This document shows positions 9,646 to 21,361 of a DNA stretch of 24,865 nucleotides, in pieces; position 1 is the stretch's first letter; the number at the start of each line of letters is the position of its first letter. Location of the stretch: assembly GCF_006345805.1 (NCBI RefSeq), contig NW_021836198.1, positions 1-24,865 on the forward strand, read 5' to 3'. The DNA is from Octopus sinensis. Taxonomy: Eukaryota. A model generated the notes under the pieces. It searched no databases, was not told the origin of the DNA, and saw nothing but the letters and a program-made list of their open reading frames with translations. Made by a program: the position numbers and the translations under genes.

Positions 9646-10100
9646 TGTCGCGAGCGCTGCGAGCGATCGAGCGCTGAGAGCGACTTTGACGCCTAACAAG
9701 CCTGTCATCAACAAATATATTTATTAAATTATTTAAAATTTTAACATGATTTAAAATTAAAATTGAAATAACTTAAGTTTTCCATTGAATCCCATAAAAT
9801 AATTTATAAGTAGACCTTAATATAAAAAGTAAAATCAATGAATACTGAACGCTAATTTGGTTTAGGTTGTGAGGGGGTAATAATTTGACAGATCTCATTG
9901 CTATTTCTCGTTTCAATCTCTAAAATTAGGTCTTCTAATCACAAATGAACTGTGCAGACAGGCTTGCTCCTTCAGAAGATTCTTGTTTTGACATTTTAAT
10001 AAATTATGAAGCATTTAGATTTTTTCTCATTATTCTAAAATATCAATTATAAATTTTAAAATTTTATTTTTATTTATGAAATCGGTTTTAAAGCACATTC
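9646..10100. mobile_element. Putative element beginning TGTCGC with a GC-rich foldback terminus; right boundary unknown
   Basis: Abrupt switch to TGTCGCGAGCGC...GAGCGAC (GTCGC/GCGAC inverted) followed by AT-rich DNA. No matching second terminus was found, so the end coordinate is approximate. Confidence 0.4.
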
Positions 10101-10399
10101 TGCTTTGGCATCGATTTTAATTTTTGTAATCGAATATATTTAAACCCAAATACCAGCCCGGGTATTTGACTTACCTGGAATTTAGAGAGTATATTAACGT
10201 GCTTATTGTTGTTGTGGTGAACATACATGTCAAAAACTCGATTTTTCATTTTACTCTGCCAAATTCCCTTCTCAGATCCTGCAGCTAATCGAAAAAAGAA
10301 ATTCGTTTAAAGGTCGAAAGCATTTCACAATAGACAACGGGATCGAATAAGAGAACTAAATAAAGTCATTTCCAACAAATTAATAAAATTTTATGCCGG

Positions 10400-11580
10400 G
10401 ATCAGCCATATTCCTCACAGGAAATACGATGGACCATGTCTGAAGTCCCTTCTACCTCGGAGAACCCGTGATATAATAATTTTTACTCACGAAGAAGTGT
10501 CCCAGACTATCAAAAATCTAAGAAGGACGGGCTCTTGTGGATCTGATGGAATTTCAACAATTCTGTTGAAGAACCTTGAGAAAGTAGAAATAACAGCCCT
10601 GGTTTAAATCTATAACTTCTCAATAAACAACAATGCAATACCTACCATTTTTCAAGTTTGTCCTTTCCTAAAACCGGGAAAGCCTAAATACGACTTAGCG
10701 TCATATAGACCAATCTCCTTTCCCTGTGTGTTATCTAAAGCTCTGGAAAAGCTGGTACTCGATCAAGTCAAACTTTACCTTCCTGAAATGAATTTCCAAC
10801 ATGGATTCAAAAGTAGGAAATCAACGGACTCAGATCTTACCACGCTGACTACTTTTATCTCGAAAAGACTAACGCTCAAACTCTGCAGCGAAAAGACCGT
10901 CATGTGTTCGGTGGACATTCACAAGGATTTCGACTCCGTGTCTACAAAAATACTGACTAGGACAATATTTCTCAGGAGTATTCCCTCCATCTAAAAAAAG
11001 TGGATAACTAATTTTCTCACTGGGTGAAATTGAAGAATCTATACGAAAAGTACAAATCAAGCTCGAAGTATTTTCCAAATGAAGTACCTCAAGGCTTGCC
11101 TTTATCACCAGCTCTTTTCATATTATACTTATAGATCACACCATTCCAAAAGCTGAATATTTAATTGTTTTACATATACGAATGATATTGTATTTACGAA
11201 TGATAGATAACTTATTTCATGGCTTTACCGAGTACGCCATTTCATTGCTAAACTACTACGTTGGCCTGATCAAATTCGAGACGAGTTAGTACGATGAAAT
11301 GGATCTTATTGTCCAAAGAGTACTTGGAGAAAATCCGTCCACGTGTTGGGAAGCAATAAGGAGAGATTTTACTTGATTCGCGGGCAGCTAGGACGTGGAC
11401 TGAGTAATATCGTACACTTAAGTGAGCGAATTCTTACTAAGATGCACGACACCTTGTGGAGTGGGTCGAGTGTATCCCAAAGGAAGGCTGCCATTCTTGC
11501 TCCTGAAAAAGCGCGTGGTACACACCTAGGGACCATAAAAGACTATGTCTCGGCTAAATATTGTCTAGGTGCTATCTAAG
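10400..11580 (+). mobile_element. Degenerate I/jockey-like LINE reverse transcriptase region
   Basis: FTHEEV..TIKNL...SCGSDGI, LKPGKP...SYRPIS...LSKALEKLV, QHGFKSRKST, VDIHKDFDSV, a frameshifted VPQGLPLSP motif, and WEANKE..LIR.QL. Confidence 0.8.
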
Positions 11581-11819
11581 TTAATGTAAAAAGTTGATCA
11601 AACTTCAGGGGGAATCCCTAATTAAAAAGATCAACTTAAAAGTACTTCAGGCGACTCTCTTAGCAGCCTGGACAACCCGGACATTGACGTATCGTCGTCA
11701 TCAACGGTGCTGAATTATAGCAATAACTCTCCTCAATCAGAATGCTTGCTCTCATATTTCAGGACAGAAACTTTTTTAATGGTCAACGGAAACAGTGAAA
11801 CCACTGTAAAAGTAAGGCG

Positions 11820-11990
11820 GCGAACGTTGACAATTTAGCCACTTAATGCTGGAGTACATGATTACACATGGAGGCATAACGAGGTGGTGAGATCCCTCCA
11901 TCTTCTGCTCTGCAATAAGTATGGCTTGAGGCGGTCCAGAAAGATGCGAAGATGCGAATTCATAGAGTTCTGTCGGTGTCTGAGAATTTT
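11820..11990 (+). mobile_element. R4/NeSL-like (RLE-type) non-LTR retrotransposon fragment
   Basis: VDNLAT.C...DYTWRHNEVVRSLHLLLCNKYGLRRSRKMR, the CCHC end plus RHN motif that precedes the RLE nuclease. Confidence 0.65.
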
Positions 11991-12118
11991 AATAATAGCA
12001 TTTTAATAATATACGTTCTATTAAAAATGTGTTTTGTTTTAATATATTTTAGATTTAATTGTTTTTCTTTTTATAAATAACAATCAATAAAAAATATCTA
12101 ATTGTTATATACTCTCTG

Positions 12119-12687
12119 ATGGTACACGCTATCATACGAGAAAATACAAAAACTGAATTTGAGGTTGAAGCGATTCATGGAGTGAGAATAAATAGGAAGA
12201 AGGAAAAAGAATATCTTATAAAATGGAAGAATTATTCACTGTTATTTGATAATTTTTTTATATAAATTTAGTGATGATAATACATGGGAACCCGTAAGAA
12301 ATTTAAATTGTTCCAAGCTTATTGATGATTTTAAAAAAAAAATCATAATAAAAAAAAATCTTAATTCCCAAAATAAATTGAATTTAAATACTTCTAAAAT
12401 CAACAAATTAGATAGCAATCATCAAAACCGTCTATCTTCTAAAATGTAAAATTTCATTTAATGTTATATTTCAGTGTTCGGAAATCAATTTGACACAAAT
12501 TGACAAGATAACAAATATTACTCGTGAAAATGATAATATATTAGTTTATGTGAAATTGTATTAACTTTATAAAATAATTTTAAGACAAAACAGTCGAAAG
12601 CAACGAAAGATTCCATTGGAGTCTTTACGAGACACGTGTCCAGTCCTTTTAATTAATTTTTTGATCAGTCGAATCAATTTTAATTAG
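12119..12687 (+). pseudogene. HP1: HP1-like copy 4 (type B), full length, one 1-bp deletion just before intron 2
   Basis: MVHAIIRENTKTEFEVEAIHGVRINRKKEKEYLIKWKNYSLDDNTWEPVRNLNCSKLIDDF; all three introns keep GT-AG. The base missing here (ACA) is present in copy 6, so the lesion may be a sequencing error. Confidence 0.75.
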
Positions 12688-12773
12688 ATGTAATTTGAAA
12701 TCATTTTGCCTAATGAATAATTTTTTCTTTCTAACGTGTACTTGATCAAGTAGATGTTTACATGACCTCATTT

Positions 12774-13564
12774 CGAATCAATATCAGAGTCCAACGATGA
12801 TTAAGTAGTTTTTTCCAGAATTTTTTGGACAAGAAGATATGATCCAGATGTCGAAGAAAGAAAGGCAAGAAGGGCCAAATCAATACTTGAACGGAAGCCC
12901 AGACCCCCGTGACTCACAGGAAGTTTAGCCTGACACCAGGTAATATCGTCGAAATACACATTGAGAATTTTCTTTCCATACCTCCGAACCAAAGAATCAT
13001 AAGATTCCTGCTTTTGCGTGGCATAAAAACAAGGTGAGGTCCTCAGGATATTAACGATTTTTGGGATCAAAAGATAGTTCTTGAGGATTTAATATGAAGG
13101 ATGAGAATCAATGGCAGAAGGTTTTTCAGATTCTATAAATTTTTTTTGGCAGGGAGAATTCGTGAAGCTGAGTCGGCGAGAATTGGTGACCCCAGAATTT
13201 TCAAATCATACAGGGGTGTCTCTTTCAACTCAGAAGGAATCCGCAAAAAAAGAGAAGGAGTTCTTAAACAAGGATGGCTCAACAGAGAGATTGACAATAT
13301 CGGTTTTGCTGGAATTAATAACGAGACCAATGTCGGATAAAGCCGGAATTAGACTGGCTAAGTCCTTTAGCAAAACATCAGGCCGACCGCCCAGGGTACA
13401 ATCGTCGAGATACCAAAGATAAGGGGTGATTTATAACCCGGCAATGGCATCCAGCAAGAGCGAACGATAATGGTCCTAAAGGATCACCTGTTGGACGCCA
13501 CAGGACGAAGAAATGAAAGAACCACCAGCGATTAAAAGTGATGGAAGCCAGTACAAATCAATTT
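12774..13564 (-). mobile_element. Duplicate of the second CRE-like fragment
   Basis: Same ORFs as 8711-9480 (e.g. 12801-13070 is identical in the ORF track). Confidence 0.85.
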
Positions 13565-13565
13565 G

Positions 13566-13728
13566 ATGGTACGTGAAATCAAACAAAAAATACAAAAACT
13601 GAATTTAAGGTTGAGCGATTCATGGAGTGAGGATAAATAGAAAGAAAAAAAGAATATCTTATAAAATGAAAGAAAGAATTATCACTGTTATTTGATAATT
13701 TGTTTATATAAATTTAGTGATGATAATA
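13566..13728 (+). pseudogene. HP1: HP1-like copy 5, duplicate of truncated copy 3
   Basis: Same TGA and same GATAATA|TGTCGC breakpoint. Confidence 0.85.
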
Positions 13729-14479
13729 TGTCGCGAGCGCTCGAGCGATCGCGCGCTCGAGAGAGCTGAGAGCGACTTTGACGCCTAACAAGCCTGTCAT
13801 CAACAAATATATTTATAAATTATTTAAAATTTAACATGATTTAAAATTAAAATTGAAATAACTTAAGTTTCCATTGAATCCCATAAAATTTATAAGTAGA
13901 CCTTAATATAAAAAGTAAAATCAATGAATACTGAACGCTAATTTGGTTTAGGTTGTGAGAGGGGGTAATAATTTGACAGATCTCATTGCTATTTCTCGTT
14001 TCAATCTCTAAAATTAGGTCTTCTAATCACAAATGAACTGTGCAGACAGGCTTGCTCCTTCAGAAGATTCTTGTTTTGACATTTTAATAAATTATGAAGC
14101 ATTTAGATTTTTTCTCATTATTCTAAAATATCAATTATAAATTTAAAATTTTATTTTATTTATGAAATCGGTTTTAAAGCACATTCTGCTTTGCATCGAT
14201 TTTAATTTTTGTAATCGAATATATTTAAACCCAAATACCAGCCCGGGTATTTGACTTACCTGGAATTTAGAGAGTATATTAACGTGCTTATTGTTGTTGT
14301 GGGAACATACATGTCAAAAACTCGATTTTCATTTTACTCTGCCAAATTCCTTCTCAGATCCTGCAGCTAATCGAAAAAAGAAATTCGTTTAAAGGTCGAA
14401 AGCATTTCACAATAGACAACGGGATCGAATAAGAGAACTAAATAAAGTCATTTCCAACAAATTAATAAAATTTTATGCC

Positions 14480-15650
14480 GGGATCAGCCATATTCCTCAC
14501 AGGAAATACGATGACATGTCTGAAGTCCCTTCTACCTCGGAGAACCGTGATATAATAATTTTTACTCACGAAGAAGTGTCCCGACTATCAAAATCTAAGA
14601 AGGACGGGCTCTTGTGGATCTGATGGAATTTCAACAATTCTGTTGAAGAACCTTGAGAAGTAGAAATACAGAAATAACAGCCCTGGTTTAAATCTATAAC
14701 TTCTCAATAAACAACAATGCATACCTACCATTTTTCAAGTTTGTCCTTTCCTAAAACCGGGAAAGCCTAAATACGACTTAGCGTCATATAGACCAATCTC
14801 CTTTCCCTGTGTGTTATCTAAAGCTCTGGAAAAGCTGGTACTCGATCAAGTCAAACTTTACCTTCCTGAAATGAATTTCCAACATGGATTCAAAAGTAGG
14901 AAATCAACGGACTCAGATCTTACCACGCTGACTACTTTTATCTCGAAAAGACTAACGCTCAAACTCTGCAGCGAAAAGACCGTCATGTGTTCGGTGGACA
15001 TTCACAAGGATTTCGATCCGTGTCTACAAAAATACTGACTAGGACAATATTTCTCAGGAGTATTCCCTCCATCTAAAAAAAGTGGATAACTAATTTTCTC
15101 ACTGGGTGAAATTGAAGAATCTATACGAAAAGTACAAATCAAGCTCGAAGTATTTCCAATGTGAAGTACCTCAAGGCTTGCCTTTATCACCAGCTCTTTT
15201 CATATTATACTTATTAGATCACACATTCCAAAGCTGAATATTTAATTGTTTTACATATACGAATGATTGTATTTACGAATGATAGATAACTTATTTCATG
15301 GCTTTACCGAGTACGCCATTTCATGCTAAACTACTACGTTGGCCTGATCAAATCGAGACGAGTTAGTACGATGAAATGGATCTTATTGTCCAAAGAGTAC
15401 TTGGAGAAAATCCGTCCACGTGTTGGGAAGCAAATAAGGAGAGATACTTGATTCGCGGGCAGCTAGGACGTGGACTGAGTAATATCGTACACTTAAGTGA
15501 GCGAATTCTTACTAATGCACGACACCTTGTGGAGTGGGTCGAGTGTATCCCAAAGGAAGGCTGCCATTCTTGCTCCTGAAAAAGCGCGTGGTACACACCT
15601 AGGGACCATAAAAGACTATGTCTCGGCTAAATATTGTCTGGTGCTATCTA
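14480..15650 (+). mobile_element. Duplicate of the I/jockey-like RT fragment
   Basis: Matches 10400-11580. Confidence 0.8.
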
Positions 15651-15889
15651 AGTTAATAAAAAAGTGATCAAACTTCAGGGGGAATCCCTAATTAAAAAGA
15701 TCAACTTAAAAGTACTTCAGGCGACTCTCTTAGCAGCCTGGACAACCCGGACATTGACGTATCGTCGTCATCAACGGTGCTGAATTATAGCAATAACTCT
15801 CCTCAATCAGAATGCTTGCTCTCATATTCAGGACAGAAACTTTTTTAATGGTCAACGGAAACAGTGAAACCAACGTGTAAAGTAAGGCG

Positions 15890-16055
15890 GGCGAACGTTG
15901 ACATTTAGCCACTTAATGCTGGGAGTACACCATGATTACACATGGAGGCAACGAGGTGGTGAGATCCCTCCATCTTCTGCTCTGCAATAAGTATGGCTTG
16001 AGGCGGTCCAGAAAGATGCGAAGATGCGAATTCATAGAGTTCTGTCGGTGTCTGA
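15890..16055 (+). mobile_element. Duplicate of the R4/NeSL-like fragment
   Basis: Matches 11820-11990. Confidence 0.62.
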
Positions 16056-16188
16056 GAATTTAATAATAGCATTTTAATAATATACGTTCTATTAAAAATG
16101 TGTTTTGTTTTAATATATTTTAGATTTAATTGTTTTTCTTTTTATAAAAACAATCAATAAAAAATATCTAATTGTTATATACTCTCTG

Positions 16189-16760
16189 ATGGTACACGCT
16201 ATCATACGAGAAAAATACAAAAACTGAATTTGAGGTTGAAGCGATTCATGGAGTGAGAATAAATAGGAAGAAGGAAAAAGAATATCTTATAAAATGGAAG
16301 AATTATTCACTGTTATTTGATAATTTTTTTATATAAATTTAGTGATGATAATACATGGGAACCCGTAAGAAATTTAAATTGTTCCAAGCTTATTGATGAT
16401 TTTTAAAATAAAAATCATAATAAAAAAAAATCTTAATTCCCAAAATAAATTGAATTTAAATACTTCTAAAATCAACAAATTAGATAGCAATCATCAAAAC
16501 CGTCTATCTTCTACAAATGTAAAATTTCATTTAATGTTATATTTCAGTGTTCGGAAATCAATTTGACACAAATTGACAAGATAACAAATATTACTCGTGA
16601 AAATGATAATATATTAGTTTATGTGAAATTGTATTAACTTTATAAAATAATTTTAAGACAAAACAGTCGAAAGCAACGAAAGATTCCATTGGAGTCTTTA
16701 CGAGACACGTGTCCAGTCCTTTTAATTAATTTTTTGATCAGTCGAATCAATTTTAATTAG
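16189..16760 (+). pseudogene. HP1: HP1-like copy 6 (type B), full length, TAA/frameshift in the A-rich hinge
   Basis: Duplicate of copy 4. The lesions lie in homopolymer runs and differ from those of copy 4. Confidence 0.75.
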
Positions 16761-16924
16761 ATGTAATTTGAAATCATTTTGCCTAATGAATAATTTTTTC
16801 TTTCTAACGTGTACTTGATCAAGTAGATGTTTACATGACCTCATTTCGAATAAACGATTGACATAATCTTTGACGAATGTTAAAGATTGTAGAACTAAAA
16901 TCACTGTTTTTCAAAATATTTATT

Positions 16925-17255
16925 TTTAATGTATTTATCCCATGCCATACTCTCTTCTATCCTTCCAGTCAGTCTTTTCCATCCAGCTTTGTTCCTCGCA
17001 GGTCTGGGAATGTCTTCAAGATCGTCACCGGTTTTGAATCAGTCGCCAATTCTTGCATAATCATACCTCAGGCAGAGAAAAGGCGTGCGTCTTGGCCGAC
17101 CATGAAATCCAATTTTGTGATTGGAGAAGTATTCTTCAATGATTTGATTGCAAGGAATCATTTTTTCAATTCTCAGGACATGTCTAAAAAGTCTCCAGCG
17201 TGAAATAGTAACTTCCTTGCTAATCGGATTGCATTTAAATAATTTGTAGAGAGTG
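16925..17255 (-). mobile_element. RTE-like retrotransposon 3' fragment
   Basis: PISKEVTISRWRLFRHVLR...P.NQIIEEYF....FHGRPRRT...DLEDI..ARNKAGWKRL. Confidence 0.8.
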
Positions 17256-17699
17256 TCGATTTTAATGTATATTAAATTCTAGCGATAAGATAATGTGAAT
17301 AAGTTGATCAAACTTCAAAACAAATTTCTAATTAAAAAAAACAACTTCAAGATTCTTTTAGCAGTTTGGACAGCCAGAACACAGTTTGGACACCGTATCA
17401 ACGTCATTAACGTAGCTAAAGTATAAGAATAGCTCTCTAAGATCAGAAGAGTTATTTTTATATTTTGCAGAATAGGAATTTTTTCAATTGTCAGCGGATT
17501 CAATGTAACCACTTTAAAAATAAGGTGTTTATCATTTACGAAACTTTACTGTATTATGATTACAAATTTCTGTTATGGAATAATTATAAATTTGAGACAG
17601 TACAGAGATTTTTTTAAATCTCCAGTTTAATCTGTGTGTGCAAAACTCGATGGTGTGTATTACGGTCAATAATAACGTTGAATCGTATATCAAAATCAG

Positions 17700-18084
17700 T
17701 TGAATAATACCTGCCGCAAGTCGAAGCGGATTCAGACCAGGAAGATCAACATCTGATATAGTATGGAGTCATCGGTGCCTTACTGCCATATGTCAGAAGT
17801 ACAGGAAAACGATGCACATTTTAAGAGCTGACCTATCAAAAGCCTTTGACAGCATCTGCAAAAATAAACTACAGCGGGTTCTCAAGGATATTGTTGATGA
17901 AGACTTCTTGAGGATTGTGCGTTTTGTTCTGGCTGATACGAGCCTCTTAGTGAAAATTGAGAGAGACTATTCGAATAAATTTACCACCGGGATTGGTACT
18001 CCACAGGGAGACTCTCTTTCGCCAGTCCTCTTTATGATCTATTTGGAAGCCGCGTCAAAGGATGTCAGAAAAAAATTGCTGTAG
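17700..18084 (+). mobile_element. RTE-like RT core fragment
   Basis: SGFRPGRSTSDIVWSHR, DLSKAFDSI, GIGTPQGDSLSPVLFMIYLE. Confidence 0.85.
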
Positions 18085-18525
18085 TAGACAAAGCTATAAC
18101 AGTTTTAAAGAGGTGGTCCTTGAAGATCAAACCGGAAAAGACGGACATAACTTCGATTCAGCGGCTTTCGACTCGGAATGACGAGAAGTGAAGCTTTACT
18201 AACAGGCTCGTGTCGCTTTTGCGCGATGCTGAAGACATTGCCTGCTAAAAAAGCTGGCGTCATGTGCAGTAAAAATGTGGAGTATCCGACAAGCCAAAAA
18301 CTTATCTTTAAATCTTTTGACACGCTTGTATAGTACGTTCGTATTACCAATCCTATTATACAACTTAGGAACAAGGGGAAAATCAAAAACGGACCTTAAC
18401 AGATTAGACGTATTTTCTAGAAATCAATTGAAAAAATAATAGAAATCCATAGTCATATTTTCTTTTTAATCTTTTCTTATTTGTCTACCTTAATACCAAT
18501 GAAATAATTCATTCATTACGTGAGT

Positions 18526-18600
18526 CTAGTTGGCTTTTTCAGCGCATTTCGCTCGCGATATTGCGCGGAAACTGCCTATCTATTCGCGCGTCCTCTCAAT
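18526..18600 (-). mobile_element. Candidate Helitron 3' terminus
   Basis: A strong GC hairpin (GCGCATTTCGC-TC-GCGATATTGCGC, 18542-18566) lies 12 nt from CTAG (18526-18529). Caveat: on the minus strand the CTAG is followed by A rather than the usual T. Confidence 0.55.
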
Positions 18601-18819
18601 CAAAGAATTAACATCATAAATTTACTTAATTAACAATTATTTTAAAAAAAAATTCATTTCTGCACCCGAGGAAAGTCAATTTCAGAAACACGGGATTTTA
18701 AACTATCAAATAACACACTCTTAGAGTCTCTTAAAAATAGTTCGCTTTGCAAAGTACAGGTTTATGTTCTTGAGCCTATGTGAATTCCTTCAAGTGAGGA
18801 TTCTCATAGGTAACTTTAT

Positions 18820-19100
18820 ATAAATTTATCCAAATAGTCTCTAGTTATTCTCACTACAAGGCTCGTCGTATCAGCTAGAACAAAACGCTCAATCCTCAAG
18901 AAGTCTTCATCAACAATATCCTCGAGAACCCGCAGTAGTTTATCTCGACAGATACTATCAAAAGCTTTTGATAGGTCAACTCCCAAAATTTGCATCGTTT
19001 TTCTGTACTTCTGACATATGGCAGTAAGCCACCGATGACTCCATACTATATCAGCGGTTGATCTTCCCGGTCTGAATCCGCTTTGACTTAGCGACAGGTT
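18820..19100 (-). mobile_element. Inverted paralog of the RTE-like RT fragment
   Basis: Reverse complement aligns to 17700-17981 (SGFRPGRST..DIVWSHRW, DLSKAFDS). Confidence 0.8.
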
Positions 19101-19269
19101 ATGATTTTGATATACGATTCAATTAACTGATATTAATATACGATTCTATGTTATAATTGACCGTAAAATACACCATCGAGTTTATACACAGAGATTAAAT
19201 GCTTGGTTTGCAAAAATTCCATAAAGAAAATGAAGTTGTTCTTTTAATTAGAAATTTTTTTAATAAGAA

Positions 19270-19520
19270 AACCTAAATTCAGAAAATATTTTTTCATTTC
19301 TTTTGGCGGAAGGGTTAAAGAAACACATCATTTTAGTCGGGGACATGCTTACTGTTCATTTTAACCAAAATCCAGAAAATATTTTTCACTTTTTTTGGCC
19401 AGAAGGTTTAAACGAACTCATCATGTTAGTCGTAGACATGTTGTTGTTCATTATAACCAAAATGCAGAAAATTATTTTAAATTATTTTACAGAAGGTTAA
19501 AGCAACTTATCATGTTAGTC
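19270..19520 (-). repeat. Inverted short array of the ~93-bp minisatellite
   Basis: Reverse complement of 2916-3300-type units, with the same HP1 3' flank junction. Confidence 0.9.
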
Positions 19521-20108
19521 AGGTGAATTTGCTTTTAAAATCTTTAGTATTCCTCAGAGATTATGTCGAATCGTCTATTCGAAAAAGGAGTCATGTAAAC
19601 ATCTAGTTGATTAAGTACACGTTAGAAAGATTAATATTTTATGATTAAATGTGAAAACATTATTCATTAGGCAAAAAAATTTCAAATTACATCTAATTAA
19701 AATTGATTCGACTGATCAAAAAATTAATCAATATGACTGGACACGTGTCTCGTAAAGACTCTAATGGAATCTTTTGTTGCTTTCGACTGTTTTGTCTTAA
19801 AATTATATTATAAAGATAATACAATTTCACATTAACAAATATATTATCATTTTCACGAGTAATATTTGTTATCTTATCAATTTGTTTCAAATTGATTTCA
19901 GAACTCTGAAATATCAAATGAATTGGAATCTTACACTTGTAGAAGATAAACGGTTTTGATGATTGTTATCCAATTTGTTGATTTTATAAGTATTTAATTT
20001 TAATTTATTTCGGTAATTCGGATTTTGTTTTTTGGTATTATGATTTTTATTTTCAAAATCATCAATAAGCTCAGAACAGTGCAAATTTTTTATGGGTTCC
20101 ATGTATTA

Positions 20109-20902
20109 TGTCACATGCCCTGTTCGTTACCATGCCCCGCTCGTTACCATTGCTCTAAATTTTTAAAATTTCAATTTAAAATATTTAAATGATTGAAATA
20201 TATTTACTTATAATTTAAAAATAATAATATTATGGATTTTTATTTTTTCAATGCTTAAACCATTATCATTAAAAAACAATAAATTAAGCATGCTGTTTTA
20301 TCTCATGTTCATGGTTATAGGGTATAGGTTAGGGTTAGGGTATAGGTTAGGGTTAGGGTTAGGGTTTGAAAAATTTAAAGTAGAATTTTCGAATGGAGAT
20401 ACAAAGATTGTTCACATGAAAAGAATCAAAAAAGGACAAATTTAATTTTCGTTTTAAACTTCAGATCTATATATGATTTTAAACTAAAAAATGGATAAAG
20501 TTGAGTTTTTTATAAGAGATCTACAGATGATTTTAAACCTTTATCTTTTACATTTCAAAAAATGTTTTAAATAAAACTAAAAACTGGTTAGAGTTAATTA
20601 TAAAACTATCAAATTATGTGCCTTTAAAGCGTTTCACAACATTCAATTTAAAATATGTTTTAATGTGCTTATCAGTCAAAATGGTTTGTTGTATAAAATA
20701 TTATTTTAATTTATTTGTTTTAAAGCATCTTTTAGTATAATCATTAAATTGTACTCTAATTAACCTAATATATAGGTTGAATTTTATGTCGTTGTGATTG
20801 ATTATTAATTTTTCTAAAAATTGAAAAATCATTAATCAATTATTTCTCAGAAATAATTCGGAGGTAACGAGTGGGGCATAGTAATCCCTGAGGCATGTGA
20901 CA
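20109..20902. mobile_element. Non-autonomous Ginger-like (TGT...ACA) TIR element with 5-bp TSD
   Basis: Ends are TGTCACATGCC...GGCATGTGACA with ~40-bp imperfect TIRs. TATTA is duplicated at 20104-20108 and 20903-20907, and the other HP1 copies show the empty site. Confidence 0.8.
20314..20367 (+). repeat. Telomere-like (TTAGGG)n block inside the TIR element
   Basis: GTTATAGGGTATAGGTTAGGGTTAGGGTATAGGTTAGGGTTAGGGTTAGGGTTT. Confidence 0.85.
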
Positions 20903-21361
20903 TATTATCATCACTAAATTTATATAAACAAATTATTAAATAACATTGAATAATTTTTCCATTTTATAAGATATTCTTTTGCTTCTTTTATTTGTTCTCA
21001 CTCCAAGAATTGCTTCAACCTCAAATTCAGTTTTTGTCTTTTCTCGTTTGTTTGATAGCGTGTACCATCAGAAATTATATAACAATTAAATAAATATAAT
21101 TAATTGTTAATTATTAAAAGAAACAAATTAAATTTAAAATATATTTAATCAGAACTCATTTTTAACAGAAGAAAAATTATTAAAATGCTAAATTTTAACG
21201 GTATTTTTTTGTATATTATGTTTCATGTACAGAACATATAGAATAGGTAAAGTGTTCCCAAAGAGTAATGCCGTTTATTCTGTGAGAAAAAGGAAAAATG
21301 GAAAAATTGGTGACAAGAATAAAAACTACCATCCTCAGCCAATCTTGAATATAAATTTCTT

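Larger units (their letters stand above)
12774..16851 (+). repeat. Second unit of a ~4.09-kb tandem duplication (first unit 8684-12773)
   Basis: Colinear near-identity through CRE, HP1 fragment, LINE, R4-like piece and HP1 type B. The junction carries CGAAT microhomology (8684, 12774, 16847). Confidence 0.95.
19693..21068 (-). pseudogene. HP1: HP1-like copy 7 (type A, inverted), interrupted by a 794-bp insertion and a 4-bp duplication in exon 1
   Basis: Reverse complement of copies 1/2 on both sides of 20109-20902; extra TTTG near 21047. Confidence 0.9.

Noticed and set aside
20314-20367. True chromosome end
   Set aside because: Short, degenerate and internal to a TSD-flanked insertion.
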